Below, piece after piece: positions 6,667 through 8,214 of a DNA stretch of 8,214 bases. Made by a program: the position numbers and the translations under genes. Source of the DNA: Candidatus Saccharimonadota bacterium (lineage in GTDB: Bacteria > Pseudomonadota > Gammaproteobacteria > Enterobacterales > Enterobacteriaceae); contig NZ_LT667504.1 in the NCBI RefSeq assembly GCF_900128735.1, positions 1 to 8,214 of the forward strand, given 5' to 3'. The notes under the pieces are model-generated. The model saw only the letters and a list, made by a program, of their open reading frames with translations. It had not been told where the DNA came from and did not search any database. Position 1 is the first letter of the stretch. Each line of letters starts with the position of its first letter.

Positions 6667-8214
6667 ATGAATAATAAAGTATTAATTTTTGATACAACAT
6701 TAAGGGATGGTGAACAAGCATTACCTGCATGTTTAAATGTTAATGAAAAACTCCAAATAGCTATAGCATTAGAACGTTTAGGTATTGATATCATTGAAGC
6801 TGGATTTCCAATATCTTCTCCGGGAGATTTTAAATCAGTTCAAGTAATTTCAAAAAATATTAAGAATAGCAAAATCTGTAGTTTAGCTCGTTGCATTTAT
6901 AAAGATATAGATACTGCCGCTCAAGCTATGAAATCTGCTATTTCACCAAGAATACATATCTTTCTTGGAACATCCTCTTTACATATACAATCTAAATTAA
7001 AAAAAAGTTTTCATGAAATTACAGAAATGATTACAAGTTCTATTAAAAGAGCTAGAAAATATACGGATGATATTGAATTTTCCTGTGAAGATGCCGGCCG
7101 AACATCACTAGAAAATTTATGTTTTTTTGTAGAAAAAGCAATAAAATATGGCGCAAATACAATAAATATTCCAGATACGGTAGGATACACTACACCGACA
7201 CAGTTTAAAAATATTATTCAAACTTTATATGAAAAAGTACCAAACATTCATAAAGCCATTCTTTCAGTACATTGCCATAATGATTTAGGAATGGCTGCAG
7301 GAAATTCTATGAGTGCTATTGAAGCGGGAGCAAGACAAATAGAAGGAACAATAGGTGGTTTAGGAGAAAGGGCTGGAAATACTGCATTAGAAGAAATAAT
7401 AATGGCATTAAAAATACATTCCCGAAAAATGGGTTTAGTTACTAATATAAAAACTAAAGAAATATATAGAACTAGTAAAATTATAAGTCAATTATGTCGT
7501 ATGCCTATCCCTATAAATAAAGCTATTATAGGAAAAAATGCTTTTTCACATTCTTCTGGAATTCATCAAGATGGAGTGTTAAAAAATAAGGAGAATTATG
7601 AAATTATTGATCCTACTATGATAGGTTTAAAAAAAAGTAAATTAAATTTAACTTCGCGTTCAGGTCGAGCTGCAGTGAACCATAGAATGAATGAAATGGG
7701 ATATCAACCACATGATTATAACATTGATAAATTGTATATAGATTTTTTGAAATTAGCCGATAAAAAAGGTCAAATATTCGACTATGATTTAGAAGCATTA
7801 GCATTTATAAATAATCAAAAAGAAAAAGAAGAAGAATACTTTCAGTTAAAATATTTTGATGTTCAATCAAAACTGTCAGGTTTTTCTATAGCTTCAGTCA
7901 TTTTAAAATGTGGGTCGAAAAAAAAAATAAAAGAAGTAACAACAAAAAATGGGCCGGTTAATGCTATTTATCAAGCTTTAAATAAAATCACATTATATCC
8001 TATAAAGTTGAAAAAATTTAATTTAGTAGCAAATGGAGAAGGAAAAGATGCTTTGGGTCAAGTCAATATTATTGTTAAATATAAATCAAGAAATTTTTAT
8101 GGTTTAGGTTTAGCGACAGACGTTATAGAAGCTTCAGCTAAAGCATTAGTAAACGTTTTTAATCATATTTTTAAAGCTAATCAAATTGATAAAAAATTTG
8201 ATAGAGGATCTTAA
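6667..8214 (+). CDS. leuA: 2-isopropylmalate synthase (LeuA)
   Basis: The 515-aa product is collinear with E. coli LeuA. Motifs present: [95 protein letters not shown]. The C-terminal regulatory domain is present (GKDALGQV...[16 protein letters not shown]). The stop TAA is the last three bases of the window. Confidence 0.95.
   Translation: MNNKVLIFDTTLRDGEQALPACLNVNEKLQIAIALERLGIDIIEAGFPISSPGDFKSVQVISKNIKNSKICSLARCIYKDIDTAAQAMKSAISPRIHIFLGTSSLHIQSKLKKSFHEITEMITSSIKRARKYTDDIEFSCEDAGRTSLENLCFFVEKAIKYGANTINIPDTVGYTTPTQFKNIIQTLYEKVPNIHKAILSVHCHNDLGMAAGNSMSAIEAGARQIEGTIGGLGERAGNTALEEIIMALKIHSRKMGLVTNIKTKEIYRTSKIISQLCRMPIPINKAIIGKNAFSHSSGIHQDGVLKNKENYEIIDPTMIGLKKSKLNLTSRSGRAAVNHRMNEMGYQPHDYNIDKLYIDFLKLADKKGQIFDYDLEALAFINNQKEKEEEYFQLKYFDVQSKLSGFSIASVILKCGSKKKIKEVTTKNGPVNAIYQALNKITLYPIKLKKFNLVANGEGKDALGQVNIIVKYKSRNFYGLGLATDVIEASAKALVNVFNHIFKANQIDKKFDRGS

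Noticed and set aside
1348-7804. Minus-strand ORFs from the track lying antisense to real genes: 1348-1554, 3307-3615, 4819-5115, 5305-5598, 6180-6407 and 7616-7804.
   Set aside because: Each lies wholly or mostly inside a well-supported + strand gene. None has an SD or a recognisable family. Their compositions are dominated by F/I/L/K/S, typical of shadow ORFs opposite AT-rich coding sequence.
1-8214. A search for CRISPR repeats, IS or transposase remnants, long direct or terminal inverted repeats, toxin-antitoxin pairs or defence genes.
   Set aside because: I found no repeated unit longer than low-complexity A/T strings. I found no additional ORF with a plausible start, SD and recognisable domain.

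Overview
This is an extremely AT-rich 8,214-nt window; the intergenic stretches are almost pure A/T. It carries six intact amino-acid biosynthesis genes, all on the + strand, and nothing else that is clearly coding. The order is trpE (425-1987), trpG (1980-2564, 8-nt overlap), a 759-nt gene-less spacer, leuB (3324-4424), leuC (4421-5812, ATGA overlap), leuD (5854-6465), a 201-nt spacer, and leuA (6667-8214). By eye, all six products are collinear end to end with the enterobacterial enzymes and keep their catalytic motifs. The window ends exactly on the leuA stop codon, so it may be a complete circular molecule linearised at that point. That would make it a trpEG+leu amino-acid overproduction plasmid with no rep gene, of the type known from Buchnera aphidicola-like aphid endosymbionts. 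Separate pTrp and pLeu plasmids are classical. I recall merged leu/trp plasmids being reported from Cinara-associated Buchnera, but I cannot verify that here. The coding content is therefore probably not novel. The genes leave five things unexplained: (i) a GC-elevated, hairpin-dense island (~2700-3000) in the trpG-leuB spacer, containing a good intrinsic terminator (2846-2885); (ii) no replication initiator and no recognisable origin; (iii) a non-canonical leu order (leuBCD then leuA, with trpEG between leuA and leuB on a circle); (iv) no trpL/leuL-type leader peptides, although the allosteric motifs are kept; (v) many A9-A10 homopolymers inside intact genes. I see no tRNA, rRNA, CRISPR array, IS element or defence-type gene.
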